A stretch of 64,000 bases of DNA from Opitutaceae bacterium (GCA_023269585.1 JAHFTC010000007.1:226-64225), one strand, 5' to 3'; positions 1 through 9,917 are shown, numbered from the stretch's first letter. The notes: a model not told the origin generated them from the letters alone. A program made the numbers and translations.

Positions 1-105
1 AATTCTCACGAATTCCACCACGGCGATTCGCTGCCGACTCCGCTCGCAGTAGGGGGCCACCTCGGCGCGGTGGCCTACAGGCGCAAGCGCCTCGGTTGCG
101 GCGGT

Positions 106-876
106 CTACTGCCAGTCGCGCAGACCGTAGCGCTGGAGCAGCTTCGTGAGTTCACCGGACTTGCGCAGGGCGCGGATGCCCTCGTCGAGCTGGGTGGCGA
201 AGCGCCGGCCCTCATCGGTGGGGGCGAACGCCACGAAGATCGGGTCGACGGTGCCCTTGAAAACGACGCGGAACTGACTGCGCTCCAAATTATGACTACG
301 CAGGTGCCAGAGGAGGATCGGTTCGGATTCCGCGACCACCTGGATCTCGCCGGCCTGCAGTTTCTGCATGAGGGTCTCGAGCGGGTCGTCACCGTCGGCG
401 GCGAAGATTCCACCCTTTTCGGTCGCGCGCTCGATGTAGGTGTCGAGCGCCGGCCAGTAGGAGTAGTCCTTGGTCACGCCCAGCGTGATGCCGCGGAACG
501 AGGCGAGATTGTCGTAGGTCCACTTGCTGTCGGCGCGAGTGAGGAGGCACACGGCGAGCGCGCCGATCGGTTCGTTGGGGAGGATGAGTCCGTCGGCTTC
601 GTTCTTGTTGGCTCCGATTGCGCCGCTCTTCCCGCCTTCCTTTACGGCGGCAAGGGCTTCCGCCCACGGCAGCACCTCATAGTCGACCTTGATGCCCAGC
701 GGCTCGAAGACCGCGCGGGCGAGCTCGATCACGTAACCGGGCTTTGGGTCCGCCGGATCCCCGTTGTAGGGCATCCACTGGTCGGCGCAGAGACGAACGA
801 CCGGCTCGGCCGCGGCGAGCGGCGCGAGCAATGTCATGACGAGGGAAAGCAGGAGGCCGCAGCGAGATTTGCACAT
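106..876 (-). CDS. periplasmic solute-binding protein (family-3 / amino-acid ABC transporter type)
   Basis: 256-aa ORF. N-terminal signal peptide (LLLSLVMTLLAPLAAAEP) and a two-lobe SBP-like sequence pattern. Family assignment is from pattern recognition only. Confidence 0.65.
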   Translation of the reverse strand: MCKSRCGLLLSLVMTLLAPLAAAEPVVRLCADQWMPYNGDPADPKPGYVIELARAVFEPLGIKVDYEVLPWAEALAAVKEGGKSGAIGANKNEADGLILPNEPIGALAVCLLTRADSKWTYDNLASFRGITLGVTKDYSYWPALDTYIERATEKGGIFAADGDDPLETLMQKLQAGEIQVVAESEPILLWHLRSHNLERSQFRVVFKGTVDPIFVAFAPTDEGRRFATQLDEGIRALRKSGELTKLLQRYGLRDWQ

Positions 877-1135
877 GGACGCTCTCCATCGGCCGGCGGG
901 CGGTTTTCTTCATCCGAAACGTAGGGTGGTGGCGGACTCGCGGCCGGCGGGTTACCCGCGCGGCATTCCCGGGCGCGACGGGGGATTTGTCGACACCGAG
1001 CCGCTCACGGGCCCTCGACGAGGATCGGAGTCTTGTCGCGCTTGCGGGCGGCGTCGATGAAGGCGCGCAGCTTCTCGTAGTCGGCGGCCGGATGGTCGGC
1101 GGGGCGGACGACCAGCTTCCGGTGGAAGACAATCT

Positions 1136-2350
1136 TCAGCTGATGCGGTCGAGGCGGCGGATACCGATGAGCAGGACGGCCGTGCCGAGGGCGATGGCCC
1201 AGGGAATGGCGTCGAGGGAGACCGCCTCGCCGAGCCAGCCGGCGGCGGCGGGGAAGATCGCGGCGCCGAGGCAGGCCGCGCCGGATTGCCGCCCGATGAT
1301 CGTGAACACGGCCTCGGGGCGGAAACGGCGGGGTGCCTCGTGCATGAGCCCGGGGAAGATCGGGGCCATGCCCAGGCCGGTGACTACCAACGCGGCGGCA
1401 GCGAACGGAGTGGAATGGGCCTGGGAAAACAGAAGGACGCCAAGGAGCGCGAGCAGGGCACCGCCAGTCACCAGGCGGCGGTTGCCCCAGCGGTCGACCA
1501 CGAAGCCGGTGGCGATGCGGCCGCCCGTGATCGCGGCGTAGAAGAGGGAGGTGCAGACCCCAGCCTCGGCCTGCGGGAGACCGCGGCCCACGACGAGAAT
1601 CGAGGTCGCCCACAACCCGGCGCTCCCCTCGGCGGCGACATAGAGCAGGAAGAGCCCGGCGGAGAGCCAGCCGGCCTCGGAATGGGCCGGGTGCAGGCGC
1701 GCTGCTGCGGCGGCGCCCGCGTTGGCGTGGTCGGGGCCGGTGGGGGCCGCCGGGCCGGCGTCCCAGAGTCGCAGGGTGAGCGCGAAGACGGTGGCGAGCG
1801 TGAGCTGCAGCCCGCCGATCAGCAGGTATCCGCCGCGCCAGCCGTGGCTCGTCGCCAGAAATTGGGTGATGAGCAGCGGGCCGCTCGTGGCGCCAATGCC
1901 CCAGCAGGCGTGCAGCCAGTTCATCTGGCGGCCGGTGTAGTGGCGGGCGACGTAGCCGTTGAGGGCGGCGTCGACCGCGCCGGCGCCGAGCCCGAGCGGG
2001 ACCGCGGCAAGCACCAGCCAGGCGAACGAAGGGGTTTGCGACGTCAGAACCAGGGCGCCGCCCGTGAGCAGGCAGCTCACGAACACCACCGGGCCGGTGG
2101 TGAAGCGGCGCAGGATCGGACCGCTGGAAAAACTGGAGACGGCTGAGAGGAGCGTGCCGACCACCATGAGCCAGCCGGCGGCCTTGAGCGGCTGGGCGAG
2201 ATCGACGTGCATCCGCGGCCAGGCGACGCCGAGCGTGCCGTCCGGCAGGCCGAGACTGATGTAGCCGGCGTAGATCAGCGGCAGCAGGAACAGTGAAGCG
2301 CGGCGGGACATCGCAAAAGGGAGCTGAACGGCGGCGCCGCTCAGCTCCAC
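1136..2350 (-). CDS. MFS transporter
   Basis: 404-aa ORF, hydrophobic and Gly/Ala-rich with about 12 helix-length segments. Alternative start at ATG 2311 (MSRRASLFLL). Confidence 0.75.
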   Translation of the reverse strand: MELSGAAVQLPFAMSRRASLFLLPLIYAGYISLGLPDGTLGVAWPRMHVDLAQPLKAAGWLMVVGTLLSAVSSFSSGPILRRFTTGPVVFVSCLLTGGALVLTSQTPSFAWLVLAAVPLGLGAGAVDAALNGYVARHYTGRQMNWLHACWGIGATSGPLLITQFLATSHGWRGGYLLIGGLQLTLATVFALTLRLWDAGPAAPTGPDHANAGAAAAARLHPAHSEAGWLSAGLFLLYVAAEGSAGLWATSILVVGRGLPQAEAGVCTSLFYAAITGGRIATGFVVDRWGNRRLVTGGALLALLGVLLFSQAHSTPFAAAALVVTGLGMAPIFPGLMHEAPRRFRPEAVFTIIGRQSGAACLGAAIFPAAAGWLGEAVSLDAIPWAIALGTAVLLIGIRRLDRIS

Positions 2351-2369
2351 AAGGAGAGGGCGAGGACGA

Positions 2370-3158
2370 TCAGCGCCCGCCGAGACCGCCGAGGGTGAGG
2401 CCGGCGAGACCGGTGGCGAGCAGACGCTTCGCGAGAAACTCGGTCTGCTTGGCGGAAAGCTCCTTCAGCCCGCGTTGGGCGAGGGCGATGAGCGAGGTGA
2501 GCTGGTCCTGCGTGAACGTGGCCTCTTCGCCGGTGCCCTGCACCTCGACGAAGTTGCCACGGCCGGTCATGACGACGTTGAAGTCGACCTCGGCGTCCTT
2601 GTCCTCGACGTAGTTGAGGTCGAGGATCTCGCGGTTGTCGAAGATGCCGACGCTCACGGCGGCGACGGCGTCGGTGAACGGGTTGTCCGAAATCTTCTTC
2701 TCGGTGATGAACTTCTCGACGGCGAGACGGGCGGCGAGGTAGGCGCCGGTGATCGAGGCGGTGCGGGTGCCGCCGTCGGCCTGAAGGACGTCGCAGTCGA
2801 CCCAGAGCGTGTTGTCGCCGAGCTTCTTGAGGTCGATGACGGCGCGCAGCGAGCGGCCGATGAGGCGCTGGATCTCGACGGTGCGGCCGTCGAGCTTGCC
2901 CTTGGAGATGTCGCGCGGCTTGCGGTCGAGCGTGCTGTAGGGGAGCATCGAGTACTCGGCGGAGAGCCAGCCGCCGGTCACGCCCTGCTGGCGCATCCAG
3001 GTCGGGACCTTGGGCTCGATCATCGCGGCGCAGATGACGCGGGTGTTGCCGAACGAGACGAGCACGGAGCCGTCGGCGTTGGGCGCGATGTCGGGCTGGA
3101 AGGCGATCGGGCGGAGCTGGTCGGGGCGGCGACCGTCGTGACGGGCAGATTCGGGCAT
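2370..3158 (-). CDS. rph: ribonuclease PH
   Basis: Strong RNase PH-like sequence (DGRRPDQLRP, SAEYSMLP, QADGGTRTASITGA). Start set to ATG 3158; the longer ORF to 3263 adds a non-homologous Pro/Ala-rich extension. Confidence 0.9.
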   Translation of the reverse strand: MPESARHDGRRPDQLRPIAFQPDIAPNADGSVLVSFGNTRVICAAMIEPKVPTWMRQQGVTGGWLSAEYSMLPYSTLDRKPRDISKGKLDGRTVEIQRLIGRSLRAVIDLKKLGDNTLWVDCDVLQADGGTRTASITGAYLAARLAVEKFITEKKISDNPFTDAVAAVSVGIFDNREILDLNYVEDKDAEVDFNVVMTGRGNFVEVQGTGEEATFTQDQLTSLIALAQRGLKELSAKQTEFLAKRLLATGLAGLTLGGLGGR

Positions 3159-3290
3159 CGGCGGACTCAACGGACGAGCCGGTGCCGGCGCAAGCGTGGA
3201 GGCGGGAGTCGGGGCGTGTGGCATGTGATCCGGGCTCGCTGCCGAATGGCGGGCGGGCTTCACGCTCGCCGGGTAGGCGCTCGTCGAAAT

Positions 3291-3320
3291 GTCGGGCGTA
3301 AAGCCCGACCCACCATCCGG
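3291..3320. repeat. copy of the dispersed hairpin module GTCGGGCGTAAAGCCCGACCCACCATCCGG
   Basis: Stem cgggc/gcccg with loop gtaaa. Near-identical copies at 56890-56918, 59350-59378 and 59514-59545. Confidence 0.7.
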
Positions 3321-3357
3321 AGGCCCCGGGGGGATTCGATCCGACTGCGTCGTGCAG

Positions 3358-5847
3358 CTACGGGGAGGGGAGCACGGGATCCTGGAGCGGCGCTTCCTCC
3401 GGCGCGGAGCCGTCGGACGCGGCGATCGTGAACGAAGCGCGCAGTCGGATGTCCTCGGAGGAGGCGCCGAGCATCGCGGTGAAACGGCCGGGCTCGACGG
3501 TCCAGCGGCCGGCGGCGTCGAAGAGTTCGAGTTCAGCGCGGGCGAGGGTGAACGTCACCGGCTTCGTCTCGCCGGGCGCGAGCGACACGCGGGCGAAGCC
3601 GCGCAGGGCCTTGTCGTAGGTGGTGACGGAGCTGTAGTCGTCGCGTAGGTAGAGTTGCACGACCTCGTCGCCGGCGCGGGTGCCGGTGTTGGTGATGTCG
3701 GCGGTGATCGTGACGGTGGCGGCCGGGAGGTTCTGGCGCTCGGGCGTGACGCGGAGGTTGGCGTAGCCGAAGGTGGTGTAGCTCAGACCGTGGCCGAAGG
3801 GGAACAGCGCGCCGGCGACTTGGCCGCCGTCGCGGTCCTGTGATCCCGGATGCGCGGGGAAGTTGAACGGGATCTGGCCCACACTCTTCGGAAAGGTGAT
3901 CGGGAGGCGGCCGGAGGGATTGCTGTCGCCGAACAGGACATCGGCGAGCGCGGCGCCGCCCTGTTCGCCGGGGAACCACAGCTCGACGATCGCGGGGACG
4001 TGTTTGGCGGCCCAGTTCACGCTGAGCGGGCGGCCGTTGCTGAGGACGAGCACGAGCGGCTTGCCCGTGGCGGCGAGCGCGCGGAGCAGCTCCTCCTGGT
4101 GGCCGGGCAGATCGAGGCTGATGCGGCTCATCGATTCCTGGCTGATCTCCTCGGTCTCACCGAGCACGGCGATGATGACGTCGACCCCGTCCGCGGCGGC
4201 AACCGCATCCTCGATACCGGCGCGGACGGTGCCGGTGGCGGGCTCGCGGAGGATGTCGCTCTCGGGGAAGCGCGCGTCGATCACGTCGCAGCCCTTGGCG
4301 TAGCGCACCTCCACGGTGGCGCCGAGCTTCGCACGCAGGCCGGCCAGTGGGGTGATGAAGTCGAGGCGTTGCGGGCCGTAGCGCGACCACCAGCCGTGGG
4401 CGTCGTCGGCGAGCGGGCCGGCGACGAGGATCTTCTTGAGCGCGGTGCGGTCGAGCGGGAGCGCGGCGTGGTCGTTTTTGAGGAGAACGATGGATTCGCG
4501 GGCGGCGCGTTCGCCGGCGGCGAGGGCGTCGGGCGTGCGCACCACGGAGTCGACCGCGGACGGATCGGCGTACGGTTGGTCGAAGAGGCCGAGCCAGAAC
4601 TTCACTCGGAGGATGTCGCGCACACGGGCGTCGATGGTCGCGAGCGGGAGCTGGCCGTCGCGCACGAGTTGCCGGAGCGGTTCGCCGTAGGCTTCGGGCG
4701 GGGTGAAGTTCGTGCGGATGTTGAGGCCGGCGGCGACCGATTGGCGGATCGCCTCGGCCGCGGTGCCGGCCACGCGGTGCTTGGTGTGGATGAACTCGAC
4801 AGCGCCGCTGTCGGAGACGACGTAGCCCTTGAAGCCGAGTTCGCCGCGCAGGATGTCGGTGAGGAAGCGGCGGCTGCCCTCGACGGGGACGCCGTCGTAG
4901 TCGTTGTATGAAGCCATCACGCCCAGCGCGCCGCCGTCGCGGATGGCGCGCCGGAACGGCTCGAGGTAGATCGTCTCGACCTCGCGCCATGTCGCCTGCG
5001 GGTCGGTGCGTGCCTCGCCGTCGCGGCCGCCCTTCGGGATGCTGTAGACGGCGAAGTGTTTGAGGGTGGAGACGACGTGCTGCGCCTGGAGGCCGCGGAC
5101 CTGCTCGACGCCGAGCGCGGAGACGAGGAATGGATCCTCGCCATAGGTCTCGGTGGTGCGGCCCCAGCGCGGGTCGCGGGCGAGGTCGAGGATGGGCGAG
5201 TAGACGTTGGTGTAGCCGAGGGCGCGCGCCTCGCGGCCGGTGATGCGGCCGATCTGCGCGACGAGCTCGCGGTCGAAGGTGGCGGCGACGGCAAGCTGTG
5301 CCGGAAAACTGGAGGCGCGGGAATGGAGCAGGCCGCGGATGCCCTCGTTGGTGAAGTCGACCGGGATACCGAGGCGCGTGCGTTCGAGGAACCAGCGGCG
5401 CACCTCGTTGATCGCCTTCACGTGGAGCGAGTGGGGCAGGTCATGGACGGGGTCGGGGAGATCGAGCGCCCAACCGGTGTTGCCGTTCATATGCTCGTCG
5501 ATGTTGCCGATGCCGTCCTTCCAGAACGCGGTGTCCCACGCCGGCGTGGGCAGCTCGTCCTTTAGCACGCGCGGGAAACCGTAGAGTGTCGTCATCTGCG
5601 CGGTCTTCTCCTCGAGGGTCATGCGGGTGAGGAGATCGTCGAGGCGGGTGACGATGGGCAGCGCGGGATTTTCGTACGGGTCGAGCCGGCCGTTCTTGTT
5701 CAGGTCGATCCAGCCGTCGCGGTAGATCGTCGCGGCGGCGGGGACGGGGTGGACGAAGTATCCGGAGGGCGGTACGGCACCGAGGGCGGCGGCGGCGCTG
5801 ACGAGGAATGAGACGGCGGCGGGCAGGGCGGGGCGAAGCGGCTTCAT
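3358..5847 (-). CDS. secreted glycoside hydrolase family 3 (beta-glucosidase-like)
   Basis: GH3-like motifs (KHFAVYS, GFKGYVVSDSGAV). Signal peptide MKPLRPALPAAVSFLVSAAAALGA follows ATG 5847; the ORF-track start at 6168 is probably too long. Confidence 0.85.
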   Translation of the reverse strand: MKPLRPALPAAVSFLVSAAAALGAVPPSGYFVHPVPAAATIYRDGWIDLNKNGRLDPYENPALPIVTRLDDLLTRMTLEEKTAQMTTLYGFPRVLKDELPTPAWDTAFWKDGIGNIDEHMNGNTGWALDLPDPVHDLPHSLHVKAINEVRRWFLERTRLGIPVDFTNEGIRGLLHSRASSFPAQLAVAATFDRELVAQIGRITGREARALGYTNVYSPILDLARDPRWGRTTETYGEDPFLVSALGVEQVRGLQAQHVVSTLKHFAVYSIPKGGRDGEARTDPQATWREVETIYLEPFRRAIRDGGALGVMASYNDYDGVPVEGSRRFLTDILRGELGFKGYVVSDSGAVEFIHTKHRVAGTAAEAIRQSVAAGLNIRTNFTPPEAYGEPLRQLVRDGQLPLATIDARVRDILRVKFWLGLFDQPYADPSAVDSVVRTPDALAAGERAARESIVLLKNDHAALPLDRTALKKILVAGPLADDAHGWWSRYGPQRLDFITPLAGLRAKLGATVEVRYAKGCDVIDARFPESDILREPATGTVRAGIEDAVAAADGVDVIIAVLGETEEISQESMSRISLDLPGHQEELLRALAATGKPLVLVLSNGRPLSVNWAAKHVPAIVELWFPGEQGGAALADVLFGDSNPSGRLPITFPKSVGQIPFNFPAHPGSQDRDGGQVAGALFPFGHGLSYTTFGYANLRVTPERQNLPAATVTITADITNTGTRAGDEVVQLYLRDDYSSVTTYDKALRGFARVSLAPGETKPVTFTLARAELELFDAAGRWTVEPGRFTAMLGASSEDIRLRASFTIAASDGSAPEEAPLQDPVLPSP

Positions 5848-6215
5848 CGGGGGAGGCCGCACTCTGTGCGCAAGGTGGCCGCGTCGCGAGCGAGGAGCGC
5901 AGGCTCGCGAGTGTGCGACGGCCGGGAGATGCATCTCCGGACCCGATTGGGGCGGGCGGAGCGGCCCGCGCCTGCCGTCGCGTTCAGTCGCTATCGGTCG
6001 CGGCGGCCAACTGACGCCGCAGCTCAAGATTTTCCCATGGATCGAAGCGCGCGGTGCCGCGGAGTCGCTCGAGTGCGGCCACGCGGCGCCGGAGCGAGAC
6101 GAGGGCGGGGAAGGTCGCCATGATGCTTGGGGATCAGCAGCGGCGGTGCCACGGGGCTTGAATCGCATTCAGGAAAGGCGCGGGTGCTCCATCACGTGGT
6201 GGCGCGAGAAGCCAT

Positions 6216-7436
6216 GTGCCGGGTTGCAAAACGCAGGAATTTGCGACGCCATCGGGGTCGTCCGCTATGTCATCCGAGCCCTCCTGTAACTCGCACCCAG
6301 ATCCCGCTCCGCGCCCTCATGGCCATCACGGCCACGGCCTCGAGTCCAAGCCCGACTGGGTGCCCGACAACGCGGGCGCGGCCTTCGCCACGAAAGTCAC
6401 GCTCGGGGTGCAGCCGAGCGGCGATGTGCGCCACCAAACCGGGGTGAAACGGCGCCAGCTTTCGCTCGACGACTATTTTCACGGCGTGCGAGCCGGAGAC
6501 CTGAGCGTGCTGGCGCGCGCAATCACGCTCATCGAGAGCAACGCCCCGGCGCACCAGGAACTCGCCCAGACGCTGCTCACGCGTCTGTTGCCGTTCACCG
6601 GCGGCGCGATGCGCGTGGGCATCACGGGCATCCCCGGCGCGGGCAAGAGCACGTTCATCGAATGTCTCGGCACGCGCTTGTGCGAGGCGGGCAGCAAGGT
6701 CGCGGTGCTGGCGGTCGACCCGTCGAGCAGCGTGCATGGCGGCAGCGTGCTCGGCGACAAGGTGCGCATGGAGAAACTCAGCCGGCACCCGCGGGCGTTC
6801 ATCCGGCCGTCGCCCTCGGGCGGCTCGCTCGGCGGCGTGGCGCGCAAGAGCCGCGAGGCGCTGCTGGTGTGCGAGGCCGCGGGCTTCGACACCGTGCTGA
6901 TCGAGACCGTGGGGGTGGGCCAGAACGAGGTGACGGTGCGCTCGATGGTCGACTGTTTCCTCGTGGTGCTCATCGCTGGCGCCGGCGACGAGATGCAGGG
7001 TATCAAGAAAGGCATCATCGAGCTGGCCGACCTGGTCGTGATCAACAAGGCCGACGGCGACAACAAGCAGCGCGCGTTGGCGGCGCGGGCGGAGATGCAG
7101 CGCGTATTGCATTTCCTGCAACCGACGACGGCCGGCTGGTCGACCCCGGCGCTGGCCGGCTCCGCTACGACGGGGGAGGGTGTCGATGCAATCTGGGCGA
7201 AGGTCGGGGCGTATTTCGACCACTGCCGCAAGGGCGGTTTCCTGCAGGAGCGCCGGCATGCGCAGGCGGTGGAATGGCTGCATGCGCTCGTGCATGAGGC
7301 GCTGAAGGCGCGGTTCTACGGCTCGCCGGGCGTGAAGGCCGAGCTGCGTTCCATCGAGCAGGCGGTGGCCGACGGCCGGTTGCCCGCCGTGACCGCCGCG
7401 CAACAGTTGCTCGTGAGCGGCGGGTTCGGTGGCTGA
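6216..7436 (+). CDS. meaB: MeaB/ArgK-type G3E-family GTPase
   Basis: P-loop GITGIPGAGKST, INKADG NKxD motif and overall MeaB-like sequence. Alternative starts at ATG 6267 and GTG 6444 (VKRRQLSLDDYFHGV, a typical MeaB N-terminus). Confidence 0.8.
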   Translation: MPGCKTQEFATPSGSSAMSSEPSCNSHPDPAPRPHGHHGHGLESKPDWVPDNAGAAFATKVTLGVQPSGDVRHQTGVKRRQLSLDDYFHGVRAGDLSVLARAITLIESNAPAHQELAQTLLTRLLPFTGGAMRVGITGIPGAGKSTFIECLGTRLCEAGSKVAVLAVDPSSSVHGGSVLGDKVRMEKLSRHPRAFIRPSPSGGSLGGVARKSREALLVCEAAGFDTVLIETVGVGQNEVTVRSMVDCFLVVLIAGAGDEMQGIKKGIIELADLVVINKADGDNKQRALAARAEMQRVLHFLQPTTAGWSTPALAGSATTGEGVDAIWAKVGAYFDHCRKGGFLQERRHAQAVEWLHALVHEALKARFYGSPGVKAELRSIEQAVADGRLPAVTAAQQLLVSGGFGG

Positions 7437-7477
7437 GGGAACAGAGGGGCGAGATTCAACTGTTCGGCGCAAAGACG

Positions 7478-7783
7478 ATGCCTTGCTTCCAAGTCACTCT
7501 CCACGGTCGACATTTCTCGATCCCGATCGAGGGCGGTGCGATAGCCAGAGGCTTTCTGGCGTTTCGGCGGGTGATCGCACCCGATGTCGTGCTTGCCAAG
7601 AAGAAGGCGGAAGAAGTTCTACTCCGCGAAGAGATCGTCCGCGCGTACATCCGGATCACCGAGGAGAAAGTGGAGGACGCCAGATGGTTCATCAGAGCCG
7701 AGAAGGTCAGAGAGCTGACATGGCTTGGTCGTCTATTCTGGCGCATGCCCCAAGGCTTTATCTTCTACGAGAATGAAGACTAA
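7478..7783 (+). CDS. hypothetical protein (101 aa) in an AT-richer islet
   Basis: Intact ORF with mixed amino-acid composition, unlike high-GC shadow ORFs. No recognisable family. Confidence 0.45.
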   Translation: MPCFQVTLHGRHFSIPIEGGAIARGFLAFRRVIAPDVVLAKKKAEEVLLREEIVRAYIRITEEKVEDARWFIRAEKVRELTWLGRLFWRMPQGFIFYENED

Positions 7784-7879
7784 ATTCTGGCCGAAACCCA
7801 GCGGTCACAGCGCAACGTCTCTACGATGTCCCTTTCAACCTCAGTATCCGGTGTTCGGCGTGGCTGCCCCGGAGCGTTG

Positions 7880-8281
7880 ATGCGAAGAAGTGGCCTAGCA
7901 TTGGTTGCGACTCTCGCGTTCGGCTTTGGCGCTACTCATGGATGTGATGATCCCGTTGTCGGCTTCGTCACACATCACTCTGCGACAGAGATCGTCGAAG
8001 CCGCCCAGAAAGTCGTGGGACAGTTGATCAAAGGGGAAGCGATTGTCTGGCCTGCCCCGCTATCGGAAATGACGCCCGTCCGCGGCTATCGCGACCGCGT
8101 GAACCTGGTCGTGGTCCTCAAGGAAGACGGAACGAGAGAGTTTGGGTTGTACATCGTCCTTCCGGCGTCATCCCACCTCCCAATCTCTGACGACGAGTGG
8201 ACCTTCACCGACACCGGGGCAGCGTTGATCCTAAAATGCGCAGTCACCCGGGGGATTGCGGGGAGTAAGGCGATGAGTTAG
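7880..8281 (+). CDS. hypothetical lipoprotein; native 3' end displaced by the IS insertion
   Basis: Lipobox-like MRRSGLALVATLAFGFGATHGC. From 8230 the ORF reads into the IS left end. The original frame resumes after the right target duplication (9752-9857). Confidence 0.45.
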   Translation: MRRSGLALVATLAFGFGATHGCDDPVVGFVTHHSATEIVEAAQKVVGQLIKGEAIVWPAPLSEMTPVRGYRDRVNLVVVLKEDGTREFGLYIVLPASSHLPISDDEWTFTDTGAALILKCAVTRGIAGSKAMS

Positions 8282-9746
8282 TGGTGGTTGCATGAACACG
8301 ATGATGGCTCCGCGCGTTCACCCGGCAGGTGAAGGCGTTTTCGAGTTCCCCACGGCTGGCGGCAAGGTGCGTTTACAGAGCACCGCCGATGTGCTCACGC
8401 CCTACGGTGGCTTGGTGCCGTGGGCGGCGTTTGCCCGGCACACGGGCATCTTCGAGCGGCTGGCCGAGACCTGTCCGCTGCAGCGCACCAGCCCCAATGC
8501 CGCCCCCGTCTACGATGTGGTGCAGAGCTTCGCGTTGACCGCGTTAATCGACGGGCGCCGTTTCGCCCATGTGCAACGCCTGCGCGAGGATCCCAGTGTG
8601 ACGGAGTTGTTCGGGATGAAGTCGGTGGTTGGCGATGACACCCTGCGACGTTTCTTCGCCCGCCTCGACGAGACGACTGCCGCCGAGTGGGTGGCGCACG
8701 CCGCGCAACCGTTGTGGCGGGCGTTGCCCGAGCGGGTGATTCTCGACTGGGATTCGACCGTTCAGCCCAAGTACGGCCATCAGGAAGGCGCTGAGCGCGG
8801 CTACAATCCGACCAAGCCGGGGCGGCGCAGCTTCCATCCCCTGGTCGCAGTGGCCGCCGGCACACGGCTGGCGGTGTCGTACCACTTTCGTCCCGGTGAC
8901 ACGGTGACGGCGACCCAGTGGGAGCAGTCCATGCAGGATGCGCAACGTTGGCTGGGCCCACGCAGCGTCTGGCTTAATCGCGGTGACCTGGGTCTGGGCC
9001 ACGAGAAGATCATGGCCTGGCACGAGCACGCCCACCGGCCGCGTTTCCTCTTCAAACTCAAGCTCACCGCCAACGTGCGCCGCGCCCTGGCCGCCACGCC
9101 CGAGAGCGCCTGGCAAGGGCCCGGCAACGTCGGGGCCTGGCAGGTCGCCGAAGGCCGGTTACGACTGCCAGATTGGAGCGCCGAGCGCCGGGTGGTCTTC
9201 GCCCGCAAACTCCAAGGCGTCGTCCAGGCCGAGAAGAGCGGCCGGCTCTTCGATGAGCAAAAGCACGAACTGGCCGTCTATATCACCAATCTGGAGGTCA
9301 CCGCGTACAACGCCTGGCAGATCCAGGCCCTCTATCGCGAACGCGCCGACGCCGAGAACGTCTTCGACGAACTCAAGAACCAGTGGGGCTTCAACGGCTT
9401 TTGCTCGCGCAAACGCCGGGTAAGCGCCTTGGCCGCCCGGCTGCTGTTACTGGTCTACAACCTGTGGAACCTCTTCTTGCGCCTGCTTGAGCCCCAGCGC
9501 CACGTCGAGGCCGCTGGCGGGCGGCGCTGGTTTTTGACCATCGCCGCGCGCCTGGTGCAGAGCGGTCGCCAGAAGACCCTTCAAGTCTCCGTCCAAGGCG
9601 CCTGGTGGCAACAATTGCACGACGGCTACACCCGCGTGTGCGAGTGGCTCGCGACAACTGCGCCGCAGTTGAAAACCCCGCCGCCAGCCCCGGCGCCCGC
9701 AGCCCCGGTTCTCGCATGAACTCCACCTTCAACTGCGGAATCTAGG
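8230..9746 (+). mobile_element. IS1380-family insertion sequence, apparently intact
   Basis: Imperfect terminal inverted repeats: CCTAAAATGCGCAGT (8230-8244) and ACTGCGGAATCTAGG (9732-9746), matching 12/15. The CCTAGATT-type termini resemble ISEcp1-like ends. Flanked by a direct 5-bp duplication TTGAT (8225-8229 and 9747-9751). One transposase ORF. Confidence 0.8.
8292..9719 (+). CDS. DDE transposase, IS1380 family
   Basis: 475 aa. Conserved blocks DWDSTVQPKYGHQEGAERGYNPTKPGRRSFHP and YRERADAENVFDELKNQWGF are typical of IS1380/IS4-like DDE transposases. Confidence 0.88.
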   Translation: MNTMMAPRVHPAGEGVFEFPTAGGKVRLQSTADVLTPYGGLVPWAAFARHTGIFERLAETCPLQRTSPNAAPVYDVVQSFALTALIDGRRFAHVQRLREDPSVTELFGMKSVVGDDTLRRFFARLDETTAAEWVAHAAQPLWRALPERVILDWDSTVQPKYGHQEGAERGYNPTKPGRRSFHPLVAVAAGTRLAVSYHFRPGDTVTATQWEQSMQDAQRWLGPRSVWLNRGDLGLGHEKIMAWHEHAHRPRFLFKLKLTANVRRALAATPESAWQGPGNVGAWQVAEGRLRLPDWSAERRVVFARKLQGVVQAEKSGRLFDEQKHELAVYITNLEVTAYNAWQIQALYRERADAENVFDELKNQWGFNGFCSRKRRVSALAARLLLLVYNLWNLFLRLLEPQRHVEAAGGRRWFLTIAARLVQSGRQKTLQVSVQGAWWQQLHDGYTRVCEWLATTAPQLKTPPPAPAPAAPVLA

Positions 9747-9917
9747 TTGATCTACGAGCGAAAAGGCGGGAATAGACAGGCGCCACAGGGACAGCCGGTT
9801 AAGGGCCTGTCTTCCAATCAAAGTCAGCCCCCTGTCGCTCCCTCAGCTGAACGTTGAGGCTTGTGTGCTGAGCCGCCGGTTGAAGGGGCGGAGGAACTGC
9901 GGGACTGCCGAGCTTAC

